Under the pieces are notes generated by a model. That model was not told the origin of the DNA, ran no database searches, and worked only from the letters and a program-made list of their open reading frames with translations. A stretch of 63,735 nt of DNA, counting the filler, from Folioceros fuciformis (lineage: Eukaryota): NCBI GenBank assembly GCA_049999805.1. It is 11 parts of 11 records of this genome, joined end to end, with 100 filler letters (N's around TTAATTAATTAA, not from the genome) between each part and the next. Parts side by side here need not be neighbours in the genome. Positions count along the whole stretch, not along the records: positions 37,923 to 43,149 come from JBNGIO010000509.1; positions 43,250 to 48,459 come from JBNGIO010000510.1; positions 48,560 to 54,196 come from JBNGIO010000511.1; 8 more parts are not named here. One strand, written 5' to 3'. A program made the position numbers and the translations under genes. This document shows positions 39,767 through 53,070 of this stretch, piece after piece (within the stretch, counting starts at the first letter, position 1; the number at the start of each line of letters is the position of its first letter).

Positions 39767-42700
39767 GTAGTCTCAGTTTTAGACCTACAAACCTCATGGT
39801 ACCCCTTTTGGCCTTCGGCCCTACTCAAGTTGTTTCTCCAATCTTTGGAGTGGACAGGACTTTCCATCTTTTTTCTGAATCATAGAAAAATATTTTATTT
39901 TTAACCTCATGGTGATGACACCAACTATCACATGGTCAATTAACCTAACTTATTTGTAAGTAGAATGAAAAAAGTTAAAAAAAAACCTTATTAAGCCGCA
40001 TCTAGCGCTTTCCAAACCAAAATTAACCACTAACCCAAATTTAGTGGCTCACTCGAGACTAAAGCTGAACATAGGGCCCAGGAGAAGACATGGCAATGAG
40101 AAATTTGGGACTCATATACTCTTGTGCGATTAAGATCAAGGTGTACAAAGTAGGAGAGTAGTCGCAAACTTCAGTAAATAAGGGGTCTCTGCTACTTGAG
40201 AGCTTAAATACCACAAGAAGGAAATATGAAGCTGAATCAAAGCCTTCACATGACACACGTAGCCAGCTACACCATCCTCAGGACTCCTCCTATCTATAAC
40301 AAATTCACATATATGTTGACCATTATATATCAAGGTCAAGTCTAATTATTTAGGCATGCTTAAATATGTAGTTAGGCTAAGCTGAAAAGGCACACTGTTG
40401 ACTCCACATGCTGAACATACCCCTGGGAAATAATAGGTTTTCTTTTTTCTTTTTTTGATTTGTGAGTGAGTGCTGTAGAGGAAAGGTTGGGAGATTAGGT
40501 TAGAATAGTAGCTAGATTTATGGTGAGTCAATAGGTAGGTAGGTTGTGTGGTAGATAGGACACGGGCTCTAGTTCCTCAAGGTAAGGTAACAGAGGAATA
40601 GGACACTCTAGGACGTCGTGGAAGGCGAGCCGGGGTCCTCTGGCTGTTGCTGGAAGAAGCGGGAGATGGAGATCAGGTACTTGGGGCCGAGGACCTGGGA
40701 GCAGGCAGCCAGGTTGGCGGCTGTTGGGAAGCTTAGGCCGCAACCTAGCCTGGTCCAGTCAGGCAGGAAGCAGAGGTGGTGTCGGATTGGGGCTAGGCGA
40801 TGCTGGGAGGCGGGTCAGTCCGAGTCTGGAGGGCAGCGAGGCCGAAGATGGCCGTGGGGTTACAGGTCTCTAGGGCTGTTATTGGAGCAGTGGGCGGGTT
40901 AGGTGGCCAGGCAAGGCGTGAGCAGTCCCGTTCGGGTCGAGACATAGCAGCTGAGCAAGGTGCTGGACCCGGAAGCCAACAAGTCTGGTGTGTGGCCTCA
41001 GTACATATGGGTGGCTGGCAAGGCGGGTGCTAGCGGTGCATCCAAGCTGGCCTGGATGGACCTGAGCCAGCCCGAGGGTTGGGCTGGCTAGGGTTATTCA
41101 CAACCGGAGCTAGGTAGTCTGGGAGCTCGAGGGGTAGCCAGTCGGCAGGCAGGCCAGCTGATTGGAGTGGCTAGCTAGGTTAGGTAGATGGCGGCAATGG
41201 CAGCAGCCCGGGGGAGCTCCTTGACGGGGGAGGATCCAAGAGACGAGCAGATCCGGGCCGAAGCTGAGATCAGGCAGTGGCAGCGGTGGCAGAAGGTAGA
41301 CTCGACCACAGCAGGTGCCAGATCGTCAGCTGCTGTAGAGGGGACAACCAGGCCGGGCCATGGCGACTTTGGAGCTGGCCGTCGGTGGCCGATCCAGGCC
41401 GGTGTAGGCCGCGAACGGGCAGCTAGCAGGGGATCGGCAGCAACTGGGGTCCAGGCCGCACCAAGCGGGCCGGGGAGACGATGGATCCAGGTTCCAGCTA
41501 GGTGCCGCCATCGGCTGGTATCGGTTAGATGGTGCTGGGGTAGATCTGGGCAGCCAGCGAGGGTCGGTGGAAGCTGCGGGGCTGCCTGTGGTGCAGTCGG
41601 TTTCGTGGTTCTTGCGAAAAGCTGCAGCATGTTTTTTGTGCTCACCATAGGGGAAAGAGCTGGGCCATGGCGAGAAGCCACTAGGCAGGGCTGGCTGATC
41701 TAAAGCAAGCCAAGTTGCTACAGGTGAACAGAGCAGGCCGGCTTGGAACCGATTGGTGATGGCGAGTGCTAGAGGCAAGCCGAATCGGGGACACACGTAC
41801 CTCGCTGGGGCAGACCATGCAAAGCTAAATAGACCGGTGGCTGGAGGCAGGCCGGGATACGAGGTTGGGGTGGATCAGCCAGGGGGGGTAATAACATCCG
41901 GGCGCGGCCAGGCAGCGGCAGGACGTGGGCTGATCCAGCTCGGTGTGGGTTAGACAGACAGGGAGGCACTAGATCCGCTGGCCTTGCTGGCCGATCTAAA
42001 GCAAGCCAAGCTGTTGCAGGTGAGCAGGGCAGGCCAGCTTGGAACCGACTGGTGATGGCGGGCTGCTGGAGCGCGGGCTGGAGCCGAGTTGGGCAGCTGA
42101 GTTGGTCGGAGTCAAGGGGAAGGCGTTGGCGGCTGGAGCTAGGCGGCGTTCAGGCTGATCGGCTAGCCGGGGCCACTACAGGGGGTGCAGGCGAGCTGCA
42201 GGTGATCCGAGTTTGGTAGACGGGCTAGGCGAGGGGGGGTTGGTGGATTGGTGCCACCAACGGACAGGCAGCCTGGTAGGGGTGGAAATCAGAATGGGTA
42301 GGCAGCCCAACCACCAGCGGCCAGCCCAGCCCGGTCTGGTTGGTAGCAGGCAGGTCGGCTTGCAGGGGCCAGCAGCGGCCCGGCTGCTGGGGCCAGGTAG
42401 GCGCCCCAGCAGCGCGGACATAACCGGAAGGCAACCAGCAGGTGACCCTGCAGGTAGACAGCCAGTAGGGGTTGGCGGGGCCTATGGTTGGAGGGTTCAG
42501 CGGGCTAGCAGGGCTAGATCCCAAAGCCATGCAGCCGCGCCTAGCGGCTGGCTGGGGAGAGTCCAGGCCGGGAGGGAAGGACTGATGGTTGGCAGGGGGC
42601 GCTGATGGATGGTCGACCCGGGCAGGTAGACCGACTGGCGGGCTGGCAAGCTGGAGCCAAGCCGCTGCAGGGGATGCACAACCTGCCAGCTAGCTGGATC

Positions 42701-44289
42701 TTGGCCAGGCCGATTAGGCAGGGAGCAAGGCGCTACCTCGCGACATGAATAGGCTGACAAATCTTGGCAAGCAGGAGGTCGGCCAGTAGGCGGGCTGCAG
42801 GCGGATCCAGGTAGGCAGGTGCCTGGCCGAATCGCTAAGGCAGACTGTGCATCCAAGCAGGAAGGCAGGACAAACTTGCAGGACCCGGTCTCTCTGAGAT
42901 GAATCAAGGTGGGGGCTGGCCGGATCCACGGAAGTAGGCAGTCGTGCATCAGGTGGGAGCAATGGAATTGGACGTGGACAGCAGGCTAGAGACTCATCGG
43001 CCCTTCCTCTTCTGAACGAAACCAGCCACATCCTCGCGTCCAAGCCAAAATTGGAGTCCTGTCTCACTAAGCACTATCAGTGACAGTGTGCAAATAGTTC
43101 TTCAAGTTGGCGAAGTGGGACCTGTGGAGGAAAGGTTGCTTGTCTCGGGNNNNNNNNNNNNNNNNNNNNNNNNNNNNNNNNNNNNNNNNNNNNTTAATTA
43201 ATTAANNNNNNNNNNNNNNNNNNNNNNNNNNNNNNNNNNNNNNNNNNNNCACAAGGCTCCCTACGACACCTTCCTCTACCCACAATCTAGCTACTCGTCT
43301 CCCTACGCCCAGCAACCAACAAGTTTTCCTCCGAGCCTACTCCGCTCCCTCCAACTTTGTTTATCGTTTGCCTATGACCTTCAACCTTTCCTGCGCACCT
43401 TCAACACGTCCAGTTAGTAGGAAGGCACCATTCCTTCACTTGGAAGGGCCCCAGTACCTCCCCTACCGATTTCTACCTCCCTACACCCAACACCCCTTCC
43501 TCACAAATCTCCTCACAACACCTTCCATAACGATCCAGCTGCTCGTCTCCCTACGTCCAACGACCAACAAGTTTTTCCTTGGGCCGGTTGCTGCGTGCTT
43601 GCACTTGTTAGCAAGAACTCCCAAGAAGTCTTTCCTTGGAGTCTACCCTCAAGCCAACAGTCACATAGGTTTTGCCACACACCTACAGCAGCACAACAAC
43701 CATTCACAAGGGAAGCAACTTGCAAGGGTGCCCATGGAAGAATTTGAGCCCTCCGCCAAGCACTTCGACCACTACAACTCTAGCCACAGCCAGGCGCTGT
43801 GATGGCACACAGTCGGCAACGAGATTCCTACGCTCTGCTGAGCATGAGAACTCGCCATGAGAAGAGTGTAGAATGTGGTGGTTCATTTCTTTGTGTAGCC
43901 CCTCCTTATAGGAGAGATTGACACATGAATCCTCTCCTACATGTAGGTGGTGGGCTACCCTTCTCTCACACTAAGCGCCACCAACTTTAACTGCACACAC
44001 CTACCAAGAGGCTAAGTCCTACCAATAATTGCTAGGGCAGTGTGCGCCGATGAAGATTAGGACTGTCGGTGCTGCCATAGAAGATTCGTTGACCCCCTTT
44101 TCAAAAAGGTGTGGCTAGGAGGGCTTCTGAAGGGAGGCAGAGTCTGAAGGCTGAGCCACTAGGCCCCCCTCCATTATTGGGATTCGTCTTCTTTTGGATC
44201 CACAAGCTTCCACCGTACCTTCCTCTGTGTGGATCTCTTAGGCTATCCCTTCACCACCACCTATAGGTTTGGTAGGGGAGGGATCCCCT

Positions 44290-44530
44290 TGTTCCTCAAC
44301 TTGAGGCTCCTTCCCTACGTAGGGTGGGAATGTTCCCTCCGTAGGTAGGGTACCTATTGCTCCCTTCGTAGGTAGGGTCCCTACCATTCCTTCCCCTCCT
44401 CTCATAGGTAGGTTCCCTACCCCTCCTCTCGTAGGTAGGTTCCCTACCATTCTCACCCATTGTCGTAGGTAGACAACCTACCCCATTGCTATAGGTGCGG
44501 TGTCTACTGTATAAGTACCTTCCCTGCCTA
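44290..44530. repeat. Imperfect tandem repeat of about 27-36 bp (CGTAGGTAGGTTCCCTACC core)
   Basis: Repeated core visible several times; probably retroelement-internal. Confidence 0.65.
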
Positions 44531-46299
44531 CGTAGGTATCTTCCATTTTCCCACTTAGGTACTCTCTCTATGTATGTAGGTAGACATCCTATTATGTAGG
44601 TATCTTCTTATTCTAACCTACCAGAATAGAGCTAAAAAAAACTCCATAAAAACCTTCACTAGCCGCTCACTACCTACCATGGGCACTTGCCTAGAAACCT
44701 ACCTTCCACATGCCTCCCTTCGAACTATTCTGAACAAAAAGAAACCAAGTTAGACTTTCCTAGAACGATTACCAAACTTTTTCGTTCCACAGGAGTGCAA
44801 GGTCTGGAGGTGTAGGCAGGTTAGAGGCACTGCCCTGGTGCTCTAGAGATGGTGAACCTCTGGTGTTTTTCTTGAATATGGTGTTGGTAGACTGGTCTTG
44901 TAGCAACAACTCTGGTAGTTTGTAGATGTTTTGTGCAATGTGGTGTAGGTTACCTTCTTGCCTCCGTGGTCCTATTTAATGAACTTGAGGATGTTGTGGA
45001 CCATGTAAGGGCAGCTGTAATTGCTGTTGTAGCTTCTTTTATGTGCAATTCTTAAGTTGTCATTTGCGGAGAACTGTTGGAGCAGCCTAAAGCTGCAGTA
45101 TGATGGGAATGCAGGCTTGAAAATGATTGTTTAGTGGGAATGGTAGAGGCCCGAAATCCTTGGGCATCTTGAAATCCTTGAGGTCTTGTTACAAGCATCA
45201 AGTGGATTTTGCGAAGCACTTGAAATAAATAGTTTGTGTTGCCAATTTCGCAAGAGAAACTAGATGAGGCTGGTTCCTCAGAAAGGCAGAATCCAGTTTT
45301 TCAGATGGCCACACACTTGATTGAAGGGGGTGCAGGGTAGCTGTATAAACGAACCCAATTGATGTTGTAAGTGTCTCAGCGTAAATGTCGTAGACTAGAG
45401 AGAAGGCTCAGAACCGTAAACCACCCCTAACGATTCACACCCTGGCGGTGTGAATCGATAGATCTATGAAATCCTACTAAGCCCTAACCCACGCAATATT
45501 TCCGATGTGTGTAGTGTAACTTTAAACATTGTGTGGCACCGTGATCTTTAATAATGAAGGTGCACGATCTCTAACAAAAACATAGGGATGTGTCCGTATT
45601 GATCCACATGCCCCTTACAGTGATGAGAAAAAAGTCCCTCTACGGTACAGAAGTAGGCCCCATAGTATGGGAATATGTGGTAGATTCTAGAGTATATTCT
45701 CATATCAAATACATATGAGAAAAAAAAACCTTCATTGTGTCCAAATCAGTATTCCATACTAGGCCCCATACTGGCATGTGTCCGAATCAGTATTCTGTAC
45801 TCTGCTCTATATGTTTGTGTGGATGTTAACAAAGCATGGAAACTACAATAGAACAATAAGATGGAAGTAAGACAAATCACCAAACACGATCTAGATGAAA
45901 CCCATGTACTGGTTGTTAATATGATCATTTATCTGCGATTTCTATATATGTACAGTTTTGCTTTCCACGTGGACCCAAAGTATCTCAGACAGTCGACGTC
46001 GACTCCACGCTAGTACGTCAAGCAAGAATGTGAGACGTTACAAGTGACGAACGGCCGTGAGGCAGAGGCCAGTTTACGATAAAACGGAACCTTCCGCTTC
46101 GGGAGCTGCTCCAATCCCGAAATGGAATTGCGCCTTAACGAGCACAACAGAGTAATGGCGATGAGGTGTGTCCTACTGGAGACTGGACCCTCGCATAAAC
46201 TGGCAGGACCAGACTGAAAGCCTGTCGAAATTTTCCACAAAGTGAGCAGTTGCTTTCTGCTCTTCCTTGCTGCTTGCAAACAGTCCTTCGAACATGGAA

Positions 46300-46821
46300 T
46301 TGCTGTCTGCTCTGTTGAGAAGGTCGGGGCCAAGCGTGCTGGGGCCAAGGGAGGCGGCTTGCACATGCCAGCTTGGAGCTGAGCCTGTTGAGCATGATGA
46401 CGCTGCCTTCTATCATGGCCTTCTAGCACGCCGCCGAGTATGGCAGACCTGGAAGCAGACCTCACCTCAAGTGGAGGCGCAGGTGCAGGAACCCTCCTTT
46501 GTCCGCACCCGCGATAATGGAGTCCAGGGTTCCTGCGTTTGCCGGAGGTGTACCATGGAACAGACAAAGGTGGCGAAAAGGCCTCCACACACGGCGAAGC
46601 TGCCTCCGCACCGCCTGCAGGCTCTCTGCCCAGCTAGACACGGAGGGGCGTGCAGGAGACGCTGACGTACCTGCCAGTCGTTTTCCCGTGGGCCAATTCT
46701 TCACCCCCTTGACAAAATGCCAAGCGTATCCCCACACCGCTTCCATGGCGAACGAGCATCCGATATTTCTCAGAATCCTGTCAGGGCATGGATCCCGCGT
46801 GTGCTCCGGCCCCTGGTATGC
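46300..46821 (-). pseudogene. TIM17: TIM17 (mitochondrial inner-membrane translocase) pseudogene
   Basis: Across frameshifts: EHTRDPCPDRILRNIGCSFAMEAVWGYAWHFVKG.../GGSFAVCGGLFATFVCSMVHLRQ/DSIIAGADKGGFL/SASRSAILGGVL/MIEGSVIMLNR; no in-frame start codon. Confidence 0.85.
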
Positions 46822-47099
46822 ACCACCAGCCTGCTACCAGCTTTTGCCTCTTCCAATTGAGATCTCATAACAGTCCCCCAAGTTCTGCCGCCTTTCTCCA
46901 GGGCTCACACAACTCCACCAGATCATAAGCACACTGCAATCTCGAACAGCTCGTGGCATAATCACCAAGCTGTCAATTCTGTACATTAATCCACAGCCTG
47001 GTCCACACCTAGATAAGGAATTTACCTAAACCCTAGCTCAATTGGCTTGAAGTCTATCACGAGACTGAATGCAGGCCTCTGGGACTGTGTTCAAGCAGC

Positions 47100-48449
47100 T
47101 CATGTCTCCCCTTGACAGGAACTGAACATCCTACCGTTCACCAAGCCTTTTGTGTCACTGTCTGAAAAAGAGTGCACCAGATCGGGAGTGGATACAAGAA
47201 ACACCACAAGGTACTCTGGGTGGGTCTCTAGAAAGTGGATGAACTCAGCCCTGCTGATGAATTTTGTGTTCTTAGCGTCGACCTTTTCAATAAATCTTTG
47301 TATCTGCACAGCCCAGCATTGCACTGTCAGCAAAAGAAAACAAACCGGGGCAAACAAGTAATGACGGCACGACAGGGACAGAGAGAAGAAACCTGTTCGT
47401 CGGTGATACTTGGAATGACGGCCCGAAGACTACTTCGAGTGTCGTCTCTGCTCACAAGTCCATCCTCATCAACATCAAATAGCCTGAATGCAGTATCAAG
47501 AGCTGCCTTAAACTTTTTGTGCTTCGTCACAAATGCAACTCCCACGGCATACTGCAACGACAAAAAGAGAGTTAGGACTAGAGGCATCAATCGCGAGCTG
47601 TGAGTTTTATCATGCCTTTGGTAGTGAGCGACATCACAAACCTGACGAAAGTTGATGAAACCCCTCCCTGGTTGATCAAAGACGAGGAATGCCTTCCGCA
47701 GGAGGCTGGAACTCGGGAGATCCAGGGCGGACACAAAACTTTTGTAGGTCACAACACCCCTGACGCAACAGTAAAACTTCTGGTCAGATTTTTGATCGAC
47801 TCGGACCCTTTGAGGCATAAGGGGACAACATGTACCTCCTCTCCACATCGAGCTCTTGGAATTTGAGAAGAAAGTGCTTGGCCTCCTTGATATTGAGCTT
47901 AAACAGCTTTTCAAACTTGCCAAATTCTAAAAGGGCAAATGAACTCCTGAGCTTGTTCTTCACAGCCTCAACACCGAGCGCAGAATCCTCATAGCTGTGC
48001 TCGGTGACCATCACATTCAATGCCTTAGCCATCTCCACTCGGACTCGCTCGGCAAATAAACGAGGATTCTTTTGCTCTTGAAAGGTAGGCTCAACAATGG
48101 GCAAGTACTCCACCTGGCAAGGCAAGTAAACGGCAAGAATTATACCAACTTCCAGACTAGAAGTGACGGACAGATATTCCATGTGGAAACTCCTGAGGTC
48201 TCACCTCCATGAAATTGTGGAACTGTGTCATCAACCGAAGCAGAAGACTGAAAATAGCCGGGCCTTCCGCAGTCCACGAGGGATCCAGGTGCACATGCGG
48301 GTAGCGTATGACAACAGGTTGAACAGCGAACCCAGGCGTGAAAGCTCCCGATTTGAAGGACACCAGCACCTTCCCATTCGTGGTGGTTGCCTCGGGGAAT
48401 ATCATCACTTGGCTCCAGTCGTTGCACATAGCTCTCCTCTTTATTTCAC
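47100..48449 (-). CDS. LPEAT2: Lysophospholipid acyltransferase with EF-hands, 3' five exons (48205-48449, 47836-48113, 47642-47759, 47393-47551, 47100-47303); 5' part beyond gap
   Basis: IFPEATTTNGKVLVSFKSGAF...VQPVVIRYPHVHLDPSW, MTQFHNFMEVEYLP, and EF-hand AFRLFDVDEDGLVS. Confidence 0.88.
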
Positions 48450-48559
48450 CTGCAAACGGNNNNNNNNNNNNNNNNNNNNNNNNNNNNNNNNNNNNNNNNN
48501 NNNTTAATTAATTAANNNNNNNNNNNNNNNNNNNNNNNNNNNNNNNNNNNNNNNNNNNN

Positions 48560-49132
48560 TCCGGGACTTGGGTGCCCCTGGCCGCTGAGAGGCCAACAGC
48601 CTCCGGCCTGGGCACGTCCGGTGCTGATGGAGCCCCGGGGCAGATGCCCCTCGTGGTGTGGCAGCACCCTCTCGGTGCCCCGAACTCCCAACACCTCGAG
48701 CTTTCGGCTCCTTTGCTCTCGAAGCTCTGTGCTCCTCCCAGATGTCCTTTGTCATGGATCTTTGTCCGGGGCACCCGCAGACATGACCATCTCGCTCCAC
48801 AACTTGAGTTCCACAACCTGGGCTCTGATACCACTTATAAGACCGCTCCAAGAGTTACATGGTGAAGGAGAGGAGAGGAGGAGGCAAGGAAGGGAGGAGA
48901 AAGAGAGGTCACACTCTCACAATAGAGTCACTATACAAGGGAGCTCACTCAAGGAGGGATTTATACCCCCTAGAAGAGCTCCCTAGGACGCTTCACAAGA
49001 AGCGCACAGGAAGCTGCGCAAGAAGCTTCCTACAGATTAGCTTAAGCTAATCTAAACTAATGGTACTTAATTAGACACTAATCTTAGACTAAACACATTA
49101 GCATAAGCACATTGGGCTTTAATAACCCTACA
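48560..49132 (-). mobile_element. Copia 5' LTR 48836-49132, PBS and leader
   Basis: PBS TGGTATCAGAGC at 48822-48833; LTR of the same family as 33196-33478. Confidence 0.85.
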
Positions 49133-49829
49133 CCATAGGAGTAGGTCAATCCGGGGAACAGGAGGTTCCCCCTCCTGCTCGGGTATTGTCACTCCAGGCA
49201 ACAGTTCAGGGCACGACCTCATCCTGCCAACCTCCTCCTCGTGCTCCGGCTTCTGCGGTCCCTCCTCTCTCGCTGAGCACTCGCTGCTTGCCTCGGCCCA
49301 TCCTGTTGCCTCAGCGTCTGCTTCCCTTCCAGCAGGCTTCATGCCCCCGGGTTACTGCCCTTCACGTTTCGAATACTAACTTAATTCCCCTCCATACTTC
49401 CCTTTAGGGTTTTTATACTGGCCGTTTTCTTCTCTCACTACTGCTAGTTGGACTACCACCGGTTGCCCTTTTCGCAACGGTTGCCCCGCTGGCCACCGTC
49501 GCCCAGTCACCTCAACCCATCCTTTTTCCTAAATCCACAACTAGCTAGCCCCCTTCCCTACTCATTTCTATTCCTTATTTTCCAAGGGGGGGGGGCATAT
49601 ATAACCACCTAAGTGTCCCCGAACCACCAAGGCCCAAGGACACCCTTGCTCACCCACTTCCAGATCGTGGTCTTCAGTATCCCAAACACCCAAAGACCAA
49701 GGCCACTTTTGGGTATGAATACCCCTATCTTATTCACATACTAAGCCGATTCGCTCATTCCTTCACACAAAAAATCGCAGCATGCTCATTCTGTCACTCA
49801 AAATGGGAGTGTCGACAGTTTTTTTCCTC

Positions 49830-52800
49830 TACACACTATCAGACGCCCAGTCAGCGTCTGTAAAACCAGAAAGTGTAAGTCTCTCCTGCCCAGTCCTTCT
49901 GTAAAATAGGCCATATGTATGGGTACCCTTCAAGTACCTAAATATCCTTTTAACTGCGCTCCAGTGTGCCCTTCCAGGCCTTTCTAGGAACTGAGAAACA
50001 GTGCTCACGGAGTATTGGATATCACGCCTAGTCTAGTTTGCTACAAAGATTAGGCTTCCTACAGCGTGCCTGCAAGGTACATGACACATGTCCTGAACCT
50101 CTTCTGGAGTTTGTGGACACTATAAGTTGGTAAGCTTAGCTCCTGTAGAGTAAGGAGTAGTAGCAGGTCTAGCCTCATCAAGCTTGAATTTCCGCGAAAT
50201 GTCATTGATGTACTTGTATTGGTGCACTATAATTAGTCCTTCCTCTCATACCCTTAGGATCTATACCCCAAGGCAGTACTTGAGCTCACCAATATCTTTC
50301 ATCTCGAATTTGGTGCTCAGCATAAGTTTGACTTCAGCTAACAATAGTTGACTGTTTGTGGCGAGGATTACGTCGTCTACATACAGTGCCAACACCACAA
50401 AGTCATCACCTCTGCTCAGCCTGTATACATTTGAGTCGGCAGTGCTCTGGACGAAGGAAATACAGATAAGGTAAATGTGCATGGTTATATACCAAACCCT
50501 GCCACTCTATTTCAGGCCATAGATGCATTTAAGCAGCTTTAGGACTTTGGTAGGGTTGTCAGGATCCTCATATCCCTCCGGTTGTGCCATGTACAAGTCC
50601 TTGTCAAGAGCACCATAAAGGAATGCAGTGCACACGTCCATTTGTTGCAAGTCCAAATTGACAGGGCAAGGATTATGCGGATGGACTGCGAGCAAACTAC
50701 AGGGGAGAATGTCTCCTGGTAGTCCAAGCCTTCAACTTGGGTAAACCCCCTGGCTACAAGCCTTGCTTTGTAACGTGCAATTTCCCCTTGGGCATTAAGT
50801 TTCTATTTGAACACCCACTTGTAGGAGATGGGTTTTTGTCCAGGGGGGCAGATCGACAAGTTTCCAGGTTTTGTTCTTGAGCAAGGACTGGTATTCGTCC
50901 TCCACTGCGATCTGCCACTTGGAAGCATGAGGCCCGGCCATAGCCTGTTTGTAGGAGCTGGGTTCCTCAGCAGGGAGAATGGACAGAGTAGCACCATATA
51001 CTGCTGAAGAGGACCGAAAGTCCACAGACTGATACCGGGGCTCTAGCCACTAATCAGGAGTAGGCCGGGTACGGGTAGAACGACGAGGGCCAGGTGCATC
51101 AACTGCTACAAAGTCCTCATAGGTAACCTCAGCACCACCGTCGGAAGAGTCCAGGTCCATGTCCGCAATGGAGGCCACTTCATCAATAGTGGCAACATGA
51201 TCCTGAGCAGTAGGATTCTAGACTAACTCATCTATAGTGGGTTGTGTAGGTAAAGCTGGGGGAGCAAGGCCTGTAGAATCGTCGATAGTAGCAGCTGCAG
51301 CAGTGTCTGCAGTATCAGCTGAGGCAGGATTTGCAGCATCCTCAGTCTCATAAAGAGGAAAACTGGCTATGTTGGAATCCTCATCGAAGGAGTCATCAGC
51401 TGAGCCTTCGGACATAACCGAAGCTGTAGCAACTGAAGTATGTGGTTCGACAAAGGTAACACTTCGAGCTAGTGTTACTATCTCTGATACAAGGTCATAG
51501 AGTTTGTAAGCCTTAAAATGCTCACTATAGCCAACAAAAATAAGGCTTTGAGCACGATGGTCTAACTTCTTTCTCTTCTTTGCAGGAATATAGGCAAAAG
51601 CCTTAGACCCGAAGACCCGGAGGTGAAGTAAGCTAGGCTTGCGATGCCAGAAGACCTCAAAGGGTGTCCTCCCCTTGACTGAACTGGTCAGGACCCTGTT
51701 CAAGATGTAAGTGGCTGTGACTACAGCCTCTGCCCAGTACCCTTGTGGAAGGCCAGCCCATAGCAACATACTTCTCGTCATGCCCAGTAGGGTTTGGTTT
51801 TTGCGTTCAACAACGCCATTTTGCTGTTGGGTAAATGGCACAATCAACTACCTCTAGATGCCTTACTCAGATAAGCACTCATCGAATGCATTGTTGACAA
51901 ATTCAGTACCATTGTCACTTCGCAGTACTTTGAGTAGGCAGCCTGACTGACGTTGAACTGTTGGCAGCCAGTCCCTGAAGTAGCCAAGGGTGTCGCTCTT
52001 CAACCGCATGGGAATAGTCCAGAAATACCGGCTATAATCATCAATTAGAGTCAGGTAATACAAAGCCCCCCCTAAAGAAGGTGTATGTATCTTACCTAAA
52101 ATGTCAGCATGCACGAGTCCTAACACTGAGGACACTCTGTGTGCAGCCTTAGGGAAAGGAAGTTCCTTCTGTTTAGCAAGAATGCAAGACTCACAAAAAG
52201 GTAAGTCCTTAAAACAGCTAGGCAACGGTTCCCTATGGCAATCCTGCTTAGACATATCTATCAACTTGTTTTTATTGGCATGCCCTAAACTCGCATGCCA
52301 CAAGGAAGCAAGCTGACTAGAAGTCATGCTGACTGTGAAGGCTGACTGTTGGGGGAGAACATCTCAAATCTAATTTGTACAGGTCATAGTCAAGAAGGCC
52401 TCTAAATACACAAACAGAGGGAGAAGCAGCAGGCCTCATCGGTCATGCGTACCTCATACGCATGCAACTGCATGAGCTTGCTCATCGACAGAAGGTTCTT
52501 TGCCATGTCTGGCACATACAGGACTCCTTCGATAGGTTGTACAAATCCATCATTGAGAATGAAGGTACAAGTGCCATGTCCCTCCACAAAAAGTCCAGTG
52601 TCACTTTGCTCATCTCCTAACAGAAACTTTGTCCTTCATGTGATGCAGAGATAGCTTGGAGAACAAGGTTCTGCCATTGCAGATGTGGGTGGTAGCTCCT
52701 GAGTCAAGATACCAATCCCCAACATCATGAACGGTGCTTGTTAGGCAGATAGTGAGAATCTTCACTATGGCTTTTGAGTTTTCTCCCTTATCCTTCAAGG

Positions 52801-53070
52801 CTACACTAGCAGATTGCTTTGTGGACTTTTGCCGCTGGGGTTCTCCTGCCTTCTTCTTCCAGCAGTCGCGTGCCCAGTGGCCAGGTGCCCCACACCAATT
52901 GCAGTTACCAATTTTCTTGGTGCCTGAAGAGGTAAAGTCAAAACCAGAACTAGAAATGTTCTTGCCTTTTTGTCTGTTAGGCTTGAACTTTGCAGCTAAC
53001 ACTTTGTCAGCCTTTGCTCTTGTGTTTCCTACAGAGAACAAACGGCTCTGTTCTTCCTGATAAAAGGCAG
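49830..53070 (-). mobile_element. Degenerate Copia gag-pol (second family)
   Basis: CNWCGAPGHWARDC, WYLDSGATTH, LRSDNGTEF, QNGVVERKN, LYVDDVIL, DADWAS; many stops. Confidence 0.92.

Noticed and set aside
46267-46870. Plus-strand ORFs as a novel small gene
   Set aside because: They are antisense to the TIM17 pseudogene.
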